Source: Octopus vulgaris (Eukaryota). Taken from it: DNA of 64,000 nt. Under the pieces are notes generated by a model that searched no databases, had not been told where the DNA came from, and saw only the letters and a program-made list of their open reading frames with translations. Below, one piece after another: positions 37,050 to 51,127 of this stretch (position 1 is its first letter; each line of letters starts with the position of its first letter). The stretch is taken from NCBI GenBank assembly GCA_951406725.2, contig OX597815.1:182838001-182902000 (forward strand), in the 5' to 3' direction. The translations under genes and the position numbers were made by a program.

Positions 37050-38931
37050 TGCAATAAAAGGAATTCTGTTCAATCTTCGTTCAACTCCATTTCTTCAATT
37101 CACTAATAATATATATATATATATACATATATATATAATGATGATGGTCGCTCCCGTCGATTTCGATTGTGTGGCTGTTTGAAGGAGGGGACTTAATGTT
37201 AAAGAGAGTAATAGAAAGGAAAACAAAGGCACTAAGAAGTTGCATGCCGGGATCTTGTCTCTGCTGTATCCGGTAATTATATGGTAATGCATGTTTTTCA
37301 TACATTTGAAGCTCACTTTTGTACTGCCCTTTGTAAAATCTCTATTCGCACGCGGAGTGATTGACTTGGGTCTCCGGTAACCATTTCCATTGTTTCTCGC
37401 ATGGCTAGTGGTAATATCCAGCGAATTCGTAGCATGCGGATCACTTTGCAAATACAGAGAATATTGTTGAAGCTGTTCCGAGTATCTCACATGACGTTTT
37501 GGAAGGGGATTCAGTTTTCCATGAATGTATACGTTGATGCTTGATTATGCAAATGGTTAACAAATCTTATGATATAAATTTAAGCAAAGTGTAACACCGA
37601 AAAGGTTTACTTATGTCAAGTTTACTTCCACTTCAATCTCAATGCCGAATTCGTTGAAAGCTGTTATATTTCTTTACTTAAGTGTATCAGTTGTAATTCA
37701 TGAGCGACATCTAATCGATAACAGCGTCAAATTCGATAAATCTGCAGAAGTTTTTTTTTTTCGGCGTTAAACATTGTATGACCATAGGGCTGTTCCACAG
37801 GCCTAAGTTTGCAGATGTTTTCTTTACTTCTCCCCTTATTACGAGTAGAGTTCACTGGTAAATGATGTTCTCCTCTCTTGTTGCTAGAGTCAACAATTTA
37901 CATTGGGACGAGTGGTGGAATTTACTTCTATAGTACTTTATTATGATGAACAATTGTAAAGTTTCTTAAATGTAAATTCATCAACTCGTTTCCGTTTCTC
38001 AAATGATTGATAGTGTATTTGAAACTTTATCACACAGACAATACTTATTGGAGAAGTTTCAAGAGAATTGTATGATTTATATTTGGTTATACATAAATGC
38101 ATTAAATTTATGCAATAATATAAGTATATACTTCCATAAATAAACATGTATCAGAATATTCCATGAGAAAATTCTTTTGATGATTTTATGATGAAATTAC
38201 AAAATTGCACAAATAGATGAAGATAAGAACGTGGTATATAAACAGATCTTATAACAGTATTAGTTTACTGTATGAGTGAAAGTTAATAGGCACAACATAC
38301 TTTGAAACCATACAATATTTAGGGAAAAGGCAATTAATGTTGAACACTTAATGCAGACTACGAAGTACAGGCTTTTGGATATTGGGTACAGATTCTTGGA
38401 TATTCAAGAAGTTAGTATATATATATTGTTGTTTGTTGGCTTTAAAGTAGCTTCTTCTGTAGGTATTTAGTCCGACAAAAACTGTTTGCAATTCTAAATG
38501 GATGCTTAATCTAAATGGATCAGTTTGACCAATCCCTTCCTTGGTACAAAGCTACGAAACTACTAATGTGATTTTATGAGATCCATACTTTTCCCCTTCA
38601 TCTGATATTTGATACACTCTTGGGATCTTCGATGCTATATTAATTGAGATAAAGTAGATTCTGGCTCTACTGTTAATGTTCGTGTAGGAATTGACAAGTT
38701 GGGAAAATCTGAACTTCTGGTTAAGTTCATGTAGCTGTATAGGATGATGATTGTTGTGGTATATGAAAAAGAAGATACATTTTTACCTTTGTTTCAGAAG
38801 CTGCGAGACTTGCGCTAGCATTAACTCCAAATGTGGCGGCGTACCATGATATTGTGAGTAGATTTTACTTATAAAATTTTAAGTTATTAGACGAATTTGT
38901 AGTTTATTTTTGATCGTATTATTTTTTATCA

Positions 38932-39270
38932 TAGCAAATCGACCCCAGAGATTATTCTTTTTAAGACTAGTACTTATTCTATCGGTCTGATTTGCTGAAG
39001 CGCTAAGTTACGGTGACGTAAGCACACCAGCATCGGTTGTCAAGCGATGTTGAGAGGACAAACACAGACACACAAACATATACACACACATACATATTTA
39101 TATAAACATATACGACGGGCTTCTTTCAGTTTCCGTCTACCAAATCCCATCACAAGACTTTGGTCGGCCCGACGCTATAGTAGAAGACACTTGCCCAAGG
39201 TGTCACGCAGTAGGACCGAACCCAGGACCATGTGGTCGGTAAACAAGCTACTTACCACACAGCTACTCCT
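38932..39270 (-). mobile_element. SINE family B
   Basis: Reverse complement of the 30.7-kb copy, ending cttaccacacagctactcct. Confidence 0.88.
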
Positions 39271-39924
39271 AGTTAACATTTTTAAAAGCTGTCAATGCAA
39301 TTTTCCTGAAATTATATAGTATATGACTGTCCATCTTCCTCTCTAGAATTATGAACCAATTTTGACAATATCTTAAGATTCTAGATTCTGTGTTTCTTAT
39401 GTCTAATATGTAGAGTTCTATAATTTAATTTCAGCCAAATCATTGTTCTTCGCCGGCATTTGAAGGCTGAGTTTTCTTTTAGCACAATAATTTAGTCCAA
39501 TATACGGCACAAATTTCGCATTCATACGTAATTGGCTTTACTTTCGACTTTACTTTTAACACGGGTGTGTGCTTTTAATAGTAAAATTCTGCGATGTCAA
39601 ATAAGGTAAATGTACGCAGGCCATTAGTGAAGGCCTGTGTGATTGTGTACCATTCTAAATGTTATATGCCAGTAAATTTACGCGTTCTGTTGATTTGGTT
39701 TCAAGCGTTTCGTGTTTTGGTTTGTCGAGTTGAATAAATACTGTTTAGACTTGTTGCTTGTGTTTGTTGTGCGACCGAAGTCTCCTTGAAACCGACAAAC
39801 ACATGTTTGTCGATTTCATTGTGCGATGGCACAAATATACAGAATTTATTTATTTTCATAGTGTCCATGTGTGATAGATAAAAATTGCTGGTATCCATGT
39901 TTAAAGCGTTCTCTCCTTTCCTTT

Positions 39925-40236
39925 TATTCTTTTACTTGTTTTACTCATTTGACTGTGGCCATGCTGGAGCACCACCTTTAGTCGAGCAAATCGACCCCAG
40001 GACTTATTCTTTGTAAGCCTAGTACTTATCCTATCGGCCCGTCTTGCCGAACCGCCGCTTAGTTACGGAGACGTAAACATACAAGCATCGGTTGTCAAGC
40101 GATGTTGGGGGACAAACACATAAACACACACATACATATACATATATATATATTTGTATATATACGATGGGCTTCTTTCAGTTTCCGTCTACCAAATCCA
40201 TTCACAAGGCTTTGGTCAGCCCGAGGTTATAGTAGA
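39925..40236 (-). mobile_element. SINE family B, head missing
   Basis: tcttttacttgtttt...gactgtggccatgctggagcacc...ttccgtctaccaaatcc. Confidence 0.88.
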
Positions 40237-41214
40237 ATACGAAAGCAAATGAGTATTATATGCAAACAACGAAAGAAAAAATAGAAAACAGGATAAGTAG
40301 CATAAAGAATGACTCTTCCTCAGTTGTCGCCTGTCTGTCCACTCCCCATTTCGAGCATTGAACGACAATATGAATCTTCGAAGACAGTTGCTCCCATACG
40401 TACCAAAATAAAATTTGGAACTTACGGAGGGTCAAAGTTGAGAACAAAAACAAGACAGTGGAGACAAACAAGAAAACCGAACGAAAACAAACATGGAAGG
40501 TCGTTAGTCGAGAACGAGGGTAAAATTCCGAACTCTGGAGAAATATTTTCTTTGACAAGAGAAAAGATATAAGAGAAAGATAGGATATTTGCTGTCCTTA
40601 CGACAGTCGTAAAAGAAAAGAAAAACGATCACGTGAGGAAGAGAAAGATGGGTGATCGTTACGTGTGAGCAATGAGTAAGAGAAACGAAGAAGTAGAGCG
40701 AGAGAGAGACACACACATAGAAAACGGTGAAGAACAGGAAAAATGATATATATAAATCTTAGATCTGGGGTCAAGGTGTAGGAAGAAGGTTAGCTTCAAG
40801 CAATCCGTAGAATATATAAAAAGAAACAACTTTCAGAGACAATAGTGGTTTACTGAGACGGACGATTGCGGATTTTTTTGATATCGAAGAACGATAAGCA
40901 GAAAAGCTGAAAAAAATTCACCTTCACTCCCACTATGTGTTAAACCAACAATATTTCTCTCCTTTAATTCCTTGATTATCAGTTGCAAACTTCTCTCCGT
41001 ATCTTTCTTTCCCATCTAAAGAAATGTTTTCTTTCCTTTTATTTCAACACTCTCCTCCTCCTACCCGCTTCATGCGTAAACTTACAAGTACATACGCCTA
41101 CATACACCTCCGCCACTTCATACTCTGCTTTTCTTTTTCTTTTTGCTGTTGTTCTTTTATAATACCACTTCCCAGCTAATTTCAGTGATTCACCAAAGAA
41201 GCCCTTTGAATACC

Positions 41215-41629
41215 CGTTTCTTTACTACCCACAAGGGGCTAAACACAGAGGGGACAAACAAGGACAGACAAACGGATTAAGTCGATTATATCGACCCCAG
41301 TGCGTAACTGGTGCTTATTTAATCGACCCCGAAAGGATGAAAGGCAAAGTCGACCTCGGCGGAATTTGAACTCACAACGTAACGCAGACGAAATACCTAT
41401 TTCTTTATTACCCACAAGGGGCTAAACACAGAGGGGACAAACAAGGACAGACATAGGTATTAAGTCGATTAAATCGACCCCAGTGCGTAACTGGTACTTA
41501 ATTTATCGACCCCGAAAGGATGAAAGGCAAAGTTGACCTCGGCGGAATTTGAACTCACAACGTAACGCAGACGAAATACCGCTAAGCATTTCGCCCGGCG
41601 TGCTAACGTTTCTGCCAGCTCGCCGCCTT
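41215..41629 (-). mobile_element. SINE family A dimer inserted as one unit
   Basis: Two body units share one head. A single 14-bp TSD gccctttgaatacc lies at 41201-41214 and 41630-41643. Confidence 0.92.
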
Positions 41630-42676
41630 GCCCTTTGAATACCAACAGTCAAATAACCGTGCTTAAATTCCTCACTCTACTTTGCTTTATTCATACACAC
41701 TTTCTTTTTCCTTCACGACCAAAGATATTTTCCCATCCTCTCCCCTCCAGATTATCTTTTCTTCAAATACCTACCTCCTTACTAAATTCTGTGATTCAGC
41801 CAAAACAAGTCTATTATTTACTACCAGTCAACTGACCTCCTTTATATTCCTCCTTCCTCTCATTCCCTTATATTTTCTTTTTCCTTCCCTTCTAATACGT
41901 AGTTCTTCCTGCATTAATAAACTCCTCTCATACTCTGCTCTTACACATTCTGATTGAATCTTCTTTGCCTCAGCATGTATCTCCTTGCGACAATGTAACC
42001 TTTAATATAATCAAGATATACTTGGCCTGAAGATTAGCCAGCGGTATACACCTCACTTGGATTTTACCACTTCTGAGGTTGCGCACGATATGAAACATAT
42101 GTAGACCGGATCTTCCGTACTCCATTCCGTAAGTCTTGTGTGTATGTATGTATGTATGTATGTATGTATGTATGTATGTATGTATGTATGTATGTATGTA
42201 TGTATGTATGTATGTATGAATGTATGTATGTATGTATGTATGAATGTATGTATGGATGTATGTATGTATGTATGTATGCATGCATATATGTATATACACA
42301 TACATACAAATGCATATATACAAACATCTATTCATACATACTCACATACATATATACACACATACATAGTTGGAAATGGATGTGTGGCTTTCAATCAAAT
42401 AATAATATAAATAATATATATATATATATATGCATATATGGGTGCAGGACGTCACCAACAGTAAAGAACATGAAATACGAAAACAAATGAGTTTAATACG
42501 CAAACAACGAAACAAATTGAAAACAGGACAGGCAACACATAGAACGACTCTTCACCAATAGTCGGCTGCCTCTGTACTCCTCATTTATATACTTCCATCC
42601 ATACGTACATACATACAGATAAACTGACAGACAGGCAGTCTGCCAAGCAGAACGACAAGAACACAGATAGATAGAT

Positions 42677-42763
<87 letters not shown>

Positions 42764-43144
42764 GAAGCATCATGATTCTGGCGGAATTAAGTACAACCTT
42801 ACGGCTATTCTACCAAAGGAAACAGTCATTTGTGTTACGATTGCAATCAAAGAACTCTAATATAATTTGATCTTTAAGGGTAGACGTATCTTGTAGATAT
42901 TTCAGCAATATTAAATTTCCCTAATGCGCTGTCATAAGTCGTTATGATAAAGTAAATATTCGTATTTAATAAACGTGGATATGAACAGGAAATTGTACAT
43001 GTGTAAAGTTGTGCATCCTTCCATCTTTCAAAGAATTTGTGAAATGTGATTCTCGAAAATATATCTAAACTTAGAATATAATTTTAATATAAGTGAGATC
43101 TCAGTACAAGTAATTTGTTATTTCTAGCAGTTTACTTATTGCAA

Positions 43145-43197
<53 letters not shown>

Positions 43198-43280
43198 CTC
43201 TTGCTGTCATCAATTGTTGTTGTTGAGGATATTGATGTTGCCGAGGTCGTGGTTCTCGTAAAAGTAGTATTGTTGTTGCT

Positions 43281-43516
43281 AAGGCGGCGAGCTGGCAGAA
43301 ACGTTAGCACGCCGGGCGAAATGCGTAGCGGTATTTCGTCTGCCGTTACGTTCTGAGTTCAAATTCCGCCGAGTACGACTTTGCCTTTCATCCTTTCGGG
43401 GGTCGATTAAATAAGTACCAGTAAATCACTGGGGTCGATATAATCGACTTAATCCGTTTCTCTGTCCTTGTTTGTCCTCTCTGTGTTTAGCCCCTTGTGA
43501 GCAATAAAGAAATAAG
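43281..43516 (+). mobile_element. SINE family A, full length
   Basis: Runs from head aggcggcgagctggcagaaacg to tail gcaataaagaaata, within simple trinucleotide repeats. Confidence 0.92.
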
Positions 43517-44829
43517 TATTGATGTTGTTGTTGCTGTTGTTGGTGGTGGTGGTGGTAGTGGTGGTAATGGTGGTCGTCGTCGTCGTGTATGTGCTCCTAT
43601 TGATGATAGTGTCGGTGTTGTTGTTATTGTTGCCATGGTTGCGGTGCTTGTTCGATAGTTCTTGGTATTTTTAATTTTATTTTTGGAGGCAGTATGTGTG
43701 GAGGAGGGTAATGGTGGTGAAAAACTTCCTCCTGAATGGATTATGCCAAATTCTCCAAGAAGCCAGGTGGTGATGTTAGATCGAGTTTCGGATACATTTT
43801 ATTGCATTGTGCCAGATATCCAGTGCTGGAGAGAAAAGCATGGTGACTTTAAGTGGGATGTCTTTGATGGTAATCGGTCCCTCACTCAGATCTAAGCGAG
43901 ACTAAAACGAAGAGCAACCGATTTCAAAATGCTAATCACCCTCGAAGTTTTTCAGAGGAATCATTTAAATGTGCGTTTTGATTTTCATCCTTCATAGTAT
44001 TATGTCTAGTAGGCAGCATTTAATCTCCTGGCAGCTAGTATTTTGGTGTAGCTATTTTTAATATCATTTGCATAGGTGCGGGCGTGGCTGTGTGGTAAGA
44101 AGTTTGCTTACCACACATGGATAAGAGGTTGAAAAGCCTCAGTGTTATTGAAAGTTCTTAGTTTGGAAAAAAAAAAGGTAAGAGGCTTAGTGCCTCATTT
44201 TGTTATTGAATTGTGAACAACGTAAGAGGTTTGTTGCCTCATGAATAATATATAAGAGATCAATGTTCACGAGAAAGAACGATCGGTGGGTGTCGCTTTT
44301 CCCTCCATTAATCATCATTTTCATTTTTCATTTCATATAACATTATGCCTGTGTCCAGCCCGCAGCTTCCTATTTCTGTGTAAGGCCTTTATGGCCAATA
44401 TAATGAAATAAAGAATCTTGCTGCCCAACCGCATGGTTCCGGATTCAGTCCCACGGCGTGACACCTTGGACAAGCGCCTTTTAATGTAGCCTCGGGTCGA
44501 CCAAAGCGTTCTTGTGAGAGGATTTGCTAAACTGAAACTGAAAGAAGCCTGTAATATATACATGAAAGTAGTGTTTATGGCCACATCAACATGGCTGTTT
44601 CGACGTTACTGCCGTTTTCAACCTCAGGAAAACCCTCCTCCAGTTGGTTATCGATGCTATCTTCACCCGGTATATATTGCAAGAAGGGGAGCGAGCCCTC
44701 TCCATCTAGCAGACGACGGGATCATCAGACCCAACAGTTTTAGGCTATTTGTGCCCATCATCAGTGGTGAACACCCGTTCGCTAGAAATAGCAGGAATTC
44801 GCTCCAGCTTGCAATATATAGAAAACCAA

Positions 44830-45155
44830 GCGACAATCAGTCTCTGATCTTGCAACAAGCAAAGTAGCAAAAAAGACTGTCCTGAAATAAACTTTGAAAA
44901 TCCCTCTATTATGGAATACATTCATAAACACTAACTCAAAGAATAATAGTGGAATATTCCCACCAAAACTTCTGTCAAATGTAAGCATAACAGGCCAGAT
45001 ATTGTAGTTTGGGACAGAGGGCAAAGTTATGTACCATCGTAGAGGTTAGTTGCCCTGCAGATATAAATATCTCTTTGAAAATCAAAGGAAAAGAGGATAT
45101 TTATGGACAGCTGCTTCGAAACATCCAGCTTCTATATCCAGACTATGAATTCATA
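44830..45155 (+). mobile_element. R4/Dong-like RLE-domain relic
   Basis: WNIPTKTSVKCKHNRPDIVVWD...VEVSCPADINISLKIKGKEDIYGQLL; related to the 7.3-kb and 50.0-kb copies. Confidence 0.75.
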
Positions 45156-45859
45156 TACTGACTTCTATGAGATTTTGCATTTGAAAGGTTTATAGACCTA
45201 TAACAAAATGTTTCCTCAAGTTTCGTATCATAGATTAAATTAACCTAATATGTGTATTTCTCTTGATATAAGCCAATTATTTCTTACTCCTAAGTTATAC
45301 TGATGTCTTAAGCATGATTCAATTGAGAACATCTAGTTATTATTACAAGCGTTCATAATAAACCGTTATTACTAGTCATTATTAACAATAGTATGGAGGT
45401 TCGTTAACTTTATTCATAAATTCTACTGTTAAATATACTGACTTTCTGTGAGACTTAGTATTTGAAAGGTTTATAAACCTGTAGCAAAATTCTAAATTTC
45501 CTGAAGCATTGCAAATGAAGCCACGCAACAACAATAATTTCCTTCGGCGATTCAACTTTATCCAAGTCGCTATAATGATATTCTTTTATTTGTTTAATGA
45601 CTTAGTTCATATAACCAATACCCGAAGATTAACGTTTAGATTTGACGGAATAAATTAACATCAACCATTGATTTCTTTCGATAAAGGCATAAAGCCAATT
45701 TTGTCAGTGTTACATATAGACGATTAAATCGAGCGAAGTCAATTATAAGCAATTATTTTCACTACATCGTGACGATGGAAGTTGCAAAATAAACCTAAAG
45801 GGTTGTGAATTGTGAAATACGAAAAACGAAACCAGCCCAGTGAAAATACTTAATACTCC

Positions 45860-46108
45860 ACAAGGCTCCGACAGGGGATGGTGGTGAATCATGCCGTACT
45901 CTTTCACCACAACTTTCTCTCACTCTTTCTTCCTGTTTCTGTCACATTCTGTGTCACGCCTTGTCATGCTGAATCTCCCCGAGAACTACGTTAAGGGTAC
46001 GCGTGTCTGTGGAGTGCTCAGCCACCTGCACGTCAATTTCACGAGCAGGCTGTTCCGTTGATCGGATCAACTGGAACCCTTGTCGTCGTAACCGATGGAG
46101 TGCCGTAG
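45860..46108 (+). mobile_element. SINE family C-related fragment
   Basis: ctccacaaggctccgacag...ctctttcaccacaactttctctcactctt matches the middle of the 55.2-kb SINE in the opposite orientation, but with a different 3' end. Confidence 0.6.
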
Positions 46109-48988
46109 TAATAGACAACTAAACGAAAAGAATGGGCGAATATATCGACGGGCCAATCGATATATTTCTGCAATTTCTATTGTAACTGCCCTCTAGCGGT
46201 GGGGATATACAAAGAAATGTAAGTTTTAGGATATGTTTTATTTATCTAAAAATGATAATTGTTTCATCGCTCATCAACACGTAATCGAACATATTTTGAC
46301 GACCTGCAGTTTTCAGTTTTCTCTACATTTATTTATACATGTTCCGTTAGTTAGCTAAATCGGTTTTTTAGATGATATTACACTGTTTTGTGGTTGATTT
46401 CCAAAATAAAGTAATACTAGTTGACGTCTTATTAAGATAATTTATCGCAGTTTTAACTAGAGTATTTCTTACAAAAAAACGAGAATATTGAACAAAAGCT
46501 AGAACTTACTCTACAAAATATATTTGCTCAAAAGTATCGAATTATCTCCTTGGATGTGTCGTTCATATAATTCAATTATTCTTTCGGAGCAATTTACGGA
46601 TCGTAATAATCTCTATTTGATTCATCACGCGAAAAATACTTCTCAAATCCCAGCTTATAAAGTTCTGTTCATATAATTTTATATAAGAGTAATCCCTTTT
46701 GAATCGTGCGTTGCTTATCATGTATTGTTACTCCGTTGTTGTGTTGGAAACATACATATTCAGCTTATTATCCGGTTTTGGTCATTTGGTTTTGCAATTA
46801 TGTGTTTACAAATCAGTTTATAAATTCTCCTGCCGACTGATACGCTGGACAATTTAATTATGTTGTAGACAATGGATAATAACAAATCTGAGATCTTCAT
46901 TCAAACATGTGTGTGCGCGGAATTGTGCGTATTGTGTGTATAAACGTAATTATAAGTATGTGTAACTGTACGTGTGTGTGAGCGTACACATGAGTGAGCA
47001 TGTGTGTGTGTGAGTGCGCAGAGTGTCCGTGACAAAACTAAAGTATAAGTTGCCTGCACAACGGCAATGAAGTGTCTTCTTACATATCAGCTTTGTTAAT
47101 TGCTGAATTTATTGTTTTACGAAGCAGTCACACTGCTGGTACTTATTTTATCGAGATCGTAAGGATGCAAGGCAATGTCGACCTCACCAGAATTTGAACT
47201 CAGAATGTAAAGCCGGAAGAAATTTCGATAGGCTTTTCCCCGACGTGTTAACTGCTCCACCGGCGAGCTGGCAGAAACGGTAGCACGACTTAATCCGTTT
47301 GTCTGTCCTTGTTTGTCCTTTCTTTGTTTAGCCCCTTGCGGGTAGTAAAGAAATAAAGTGTTAACTACTCCACCGGGTCCAAGAGCCACCAAAGTCTATG
47401 TGAAAATCTTATACTTGTCTTGCCTTGGTTTGGGTCCACTACTCTGACATGGAGTCGTAGACGCACTGTGGTAAAATACCGTGGGTTTTAGGCATGTCCC
47501 TCTGCAAAAGCCTCTTCGCATCTGACCGCAGCTGATTTCTCTGTGAAAGTGATGAAGACAGATAGAAATAAAGAATGAGTAAATGTGGGGGCATAATCAA
47601 CTCTAATACAAGACTGGTATTTTATTATTTGATTTATGGACGCCAAAAGGAGGAAAAGCAACATCTAAACACACACTGCAGAGAGCCGGAAAGGTTTCCA
47701 CAAAGCAATCTGTTTGACCCTATAACGCCTCCGCCAACTGACTGTCTTTAAATTATTTTATCAACCCAGGAATTAAAAAACACAAAGTCGTCTCCCGATT
47801 GATTTGAACACAGCATGGAGAGTGATGTAGGTAAAGCCGTGCCGAACCACTCACGTATTTTCTTTCTACATTCTCTTGTCCTACATTACATTCAATAATA
47901 AATATTGATTTCTAATTTTAGTGCAATAGATTATTATCAATGTCAAATATGTCATATACCTAAATGGGTGAATTTCTACACTGACAATTTATATTCATAT
48001 GTATTTTAGCTTTCCCAATTTCTTTTAATGCTAAGATACTAAATGTTACACAATCAGCTCTCACTCTTTCGTTAGTTTATTTTATTATTTCTGGGAAAAC
48101 TGTCTGCTTTAAGAGCGTTGAGAATGGTTGTAGTAACTTTTATGCAGTTATCTTAGAGCATCGGCGGCTGAAATTAAGGATAATGGCTGCAGTTGGTAAT
48201 TGAAGCGGTGTTGTGGTTTCAGCTTACCACAAGCATATCTTTCTTTCTATAGACAGAGCACCAGCTCCAAACTAGGTGAAACGGTTTTACTGGCACATTC
48301 TTTGAAACAGCGTTTGCACATTAGATATTCCGCTTTTAAATGGCACTTCTCTTTCATAGGAAAATATTTATTGTACTTTTATAGAGCATCCGACATCTAA
48401 ACATTAGCAATAAAAAAATGAAGACAAATAACAAGGATAACTAATGTGCTCACGCATATTTTATCAGTTATATCGATCAAAATAGGTATCCAAGTGACAG
48501 CAAACATAACTATAGCAGTAGATTTTTCCTCCTGTCTTTATAGTTTTCCAGTGGAAGGTAAAAGCTATGTATGAGGCTGTAACATCATTGCACACAAATC
48601 GATATATACGCATGCACGTATGATATACATGTGCATATATGTGCACGCGTATGTTTATATATGCATTTGTGCATGCTGTGGTGCTATTATGTTATCTATG
48701 AATAATGTTTTATTCTGAAGATATGAAAAGAAAAAACATTTTCTTTCGGAATTACGCATAATATTCTTGTTAGATGAATTCTATTACTCGGATATAAAGT
48801 TACATTGGTTATAGAAGTTTACGAAGATTTATAAGCCTGGATATTGTTGAAATTTAAAGAAATTGCACCCGATCATCGGTGTGATGTTCAAGAACTCGAA
48901 ATTCGATTAACTAGATGAGAGATGCCGGCTCTCATAGTCATGTATGTATACACAAATAAACATACACGCACACATGCACACAGATATG

Positions 48989-49089
<101 letters not shown>

Positions 49090-49090
49090 T

Positions 49091-49145
<55 letters not shown>

Positions 49146-49146
49146 T

Positions 49147-49191
<45 letters not shown>

Positions 49192-49196
49192 CATAC

Positions 49197-49228
<32 letters not shown>

Positions 49229-49734
49229 GTATGTGTACATACATGCACGCACACACGCACACACACACATACATACATACATACATACATACATACATAC
49301 ATACATACATACATACATACATACATACATACATACATACATGTAGGTGGGTTGTAGTAAGTTTGGAAGAAATTACGAAATCTTTACTAATGAGAGTAAA
49401 ATATAAAATTGTAGTGTCTTCCTTTGCTTTTTCTCCCTATACAATAATTTGGTAGTCATAAATTATTACATATTTTGAAAATAGACTCTACATTCGTATA
49501 TTGCTATACTACGGGGTGGCGGCGCACTTTCAATTGTATGCAACTTTGTATGAGCGGTTGGCAGCAAAATCCCAGCGACAAAACTCTGGGGTCATATGGA
49601 CGCTGGTTGAGAATAGCTAACCGATCTAGGCGAAAGACACCGGTGACCAAGCTAGGTTTCATACGGCTGGGGTATTTCATTTGCAAGTATTTCTGAAACT
49701 TTATTATTCTAGCCCTTTGAAATACAAGTACAAT

Positions 49735-49930
49735 AGAAACTGGGAGAAAGAATGAAAGCTATGGTGAAAGAGTACAGTAGAGTTCGCCACCACCACTCCC
49801 TGCGCGAGCCTCGTGGAGCTTTAGATGTTTTTGCTCGATAAACACTTACAGTGCCCGGTCTGAGAATCAAAACCGCGATCCTACAAACGCGAGTCTGCTG
49901 CCTTAACCAGTGGGCCAGTGCGCCTTCACT
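49735..49930 (-). mobile_element. SINE family C fragment
   Basis: Matches ~55310-55491 (head ...ccttaaccagtgggccagtgcgccttcac). Confidence 0.75.
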
Positions 49931-50009
49931 ATACATATATACATACACATATACATGTATATATAAATATATATACACACACACACACACACACATATGC
50001 ATATTCATA

Positions 50010-50850
50010 CATATCTACCGATGAGACATGATGTTGTATCTAGGACACTCTATAAGGAGATCTGTCAAAAGGGTATCCCCGAAGAAAAAGAAGTCAGAAT
50101 GCACAGAATGGTAGAAGCCATAGCCACTTATAATAAAAAGGAGCAGAGGTGGAAAGTCCCAGTAAAAACCTCAATAAAATGTAAACACAATAGATTTGAT
50201 ATTATGATTTGGCATAGAGAAGAGAAACTGTGTACAGTTCTGGAAAGCAGCGGATATTAACATAAAGCTGAAGATCAGTGAAAAAGAGAATACCTACGCT
50301 GAACGATTGAGTAATTTACTGTCGCACTAGCGAGTTCAGTTATAAACACCATCAAATTCAGATTTATACCTGTAATTATTGGAGCACTGGGATATGTAAC
50401 ACACTGCCTAAAAAGCAGTCTTGGGAAATTAGGCTCCTCAAAACAGAGATGCCTGATTGGAAGACTACAGATCTAATCCATCACAGGAACTAAAAATTTG
50501 TAAAACTTACCAGAAGTTTATTATTTAAATATGCATGAACATGTCTATATATGTAACTATATGCCTGAGAAGGCGGTGAGCTGGCAGAAGCGTTAGCACG
50601 CCGGGCGAAATGCGTAGCCGTATTTCGTCTGCCGTTACGTTCTGAGTTCAAATTCCGCCGAGGTCGACTTTGCCTTTCATCCTTTCGGGGTCGATAAATA
50701 AAGTACCAGTTACGCACTGGAGTCGATCTAATCGACTTAATCCCTTTATCTGTCCTTGTTTGTCCCCTCTATGTTTAGCCCCTTGTGGGCAGTAAAGAAA
50801 TATATATGCCTGAGAATACAACAAAATATGCAAATCTGCTTATATGCATA
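50010..50850 (+). mobile_element. Second copy of the 7.3-kb R4/Dong-like element, more 5'-truncated, with a SINE in its 3' UTR
   Basis: YLPMRHDVVSRTLYKEI...WKVPVKTSIKCKHNRFDIMIW; collinear with ~7520-8110. Confidence 0.85.
50572..50802 (+). mobile_element. SINE family A, full length with 14-bp TSD
   Basis: TSD tatatgcctgagaa at 50558-50571 and 50803-50816. Confidence 0.93.
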
Positions 50851-50893
50851 CATACGTACATACATGCATACAGACAGACAGAGATAGACAGAC

Positions 50894-50965
<72 letters not shown>

Positions 50966-50966
<1 letters not shown>

Positions 50967-51127
50967 TACGATGGGCTTCTTTCTGTTTCCGTCCACCAAA
51001 TACACTCGCAAGTCTTTCGCCGGTCCGAGGCTATAGGAGAAGATACCGGCCCAAGTTACCGTGCACTGGGACTGAACCGGAAGCCATAAAATGCGGAATC
51101 AAACTTCTTACAATACAGCAACGCCCG
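50966..51127 (-). mobile_element. SINE family B 5' half
   Basis: tacgatgggcttctttctgtttccgtccaccaaat...gggactgaacc. Confidence 0.75.

Larger units (their letters stand above)
36727..37112. repeat. ~148-bp inverted repeat (arms 36727-36874 and 36965-37112) around a 90-bp spacer
   Basis: The arms are reverse complements, with only one difference seen by eye (ttgtggcttttg vs ttgtggcatttg). Confidence 0.95.

Noticed and set aside
40240-40400. Repeat family (also 42440-42585) with CUGAGGA on the minus strand
   Set aside because: The repeat is real, but no GAAA/UH half follows at a workable distance, so it is not called a ribozyme.
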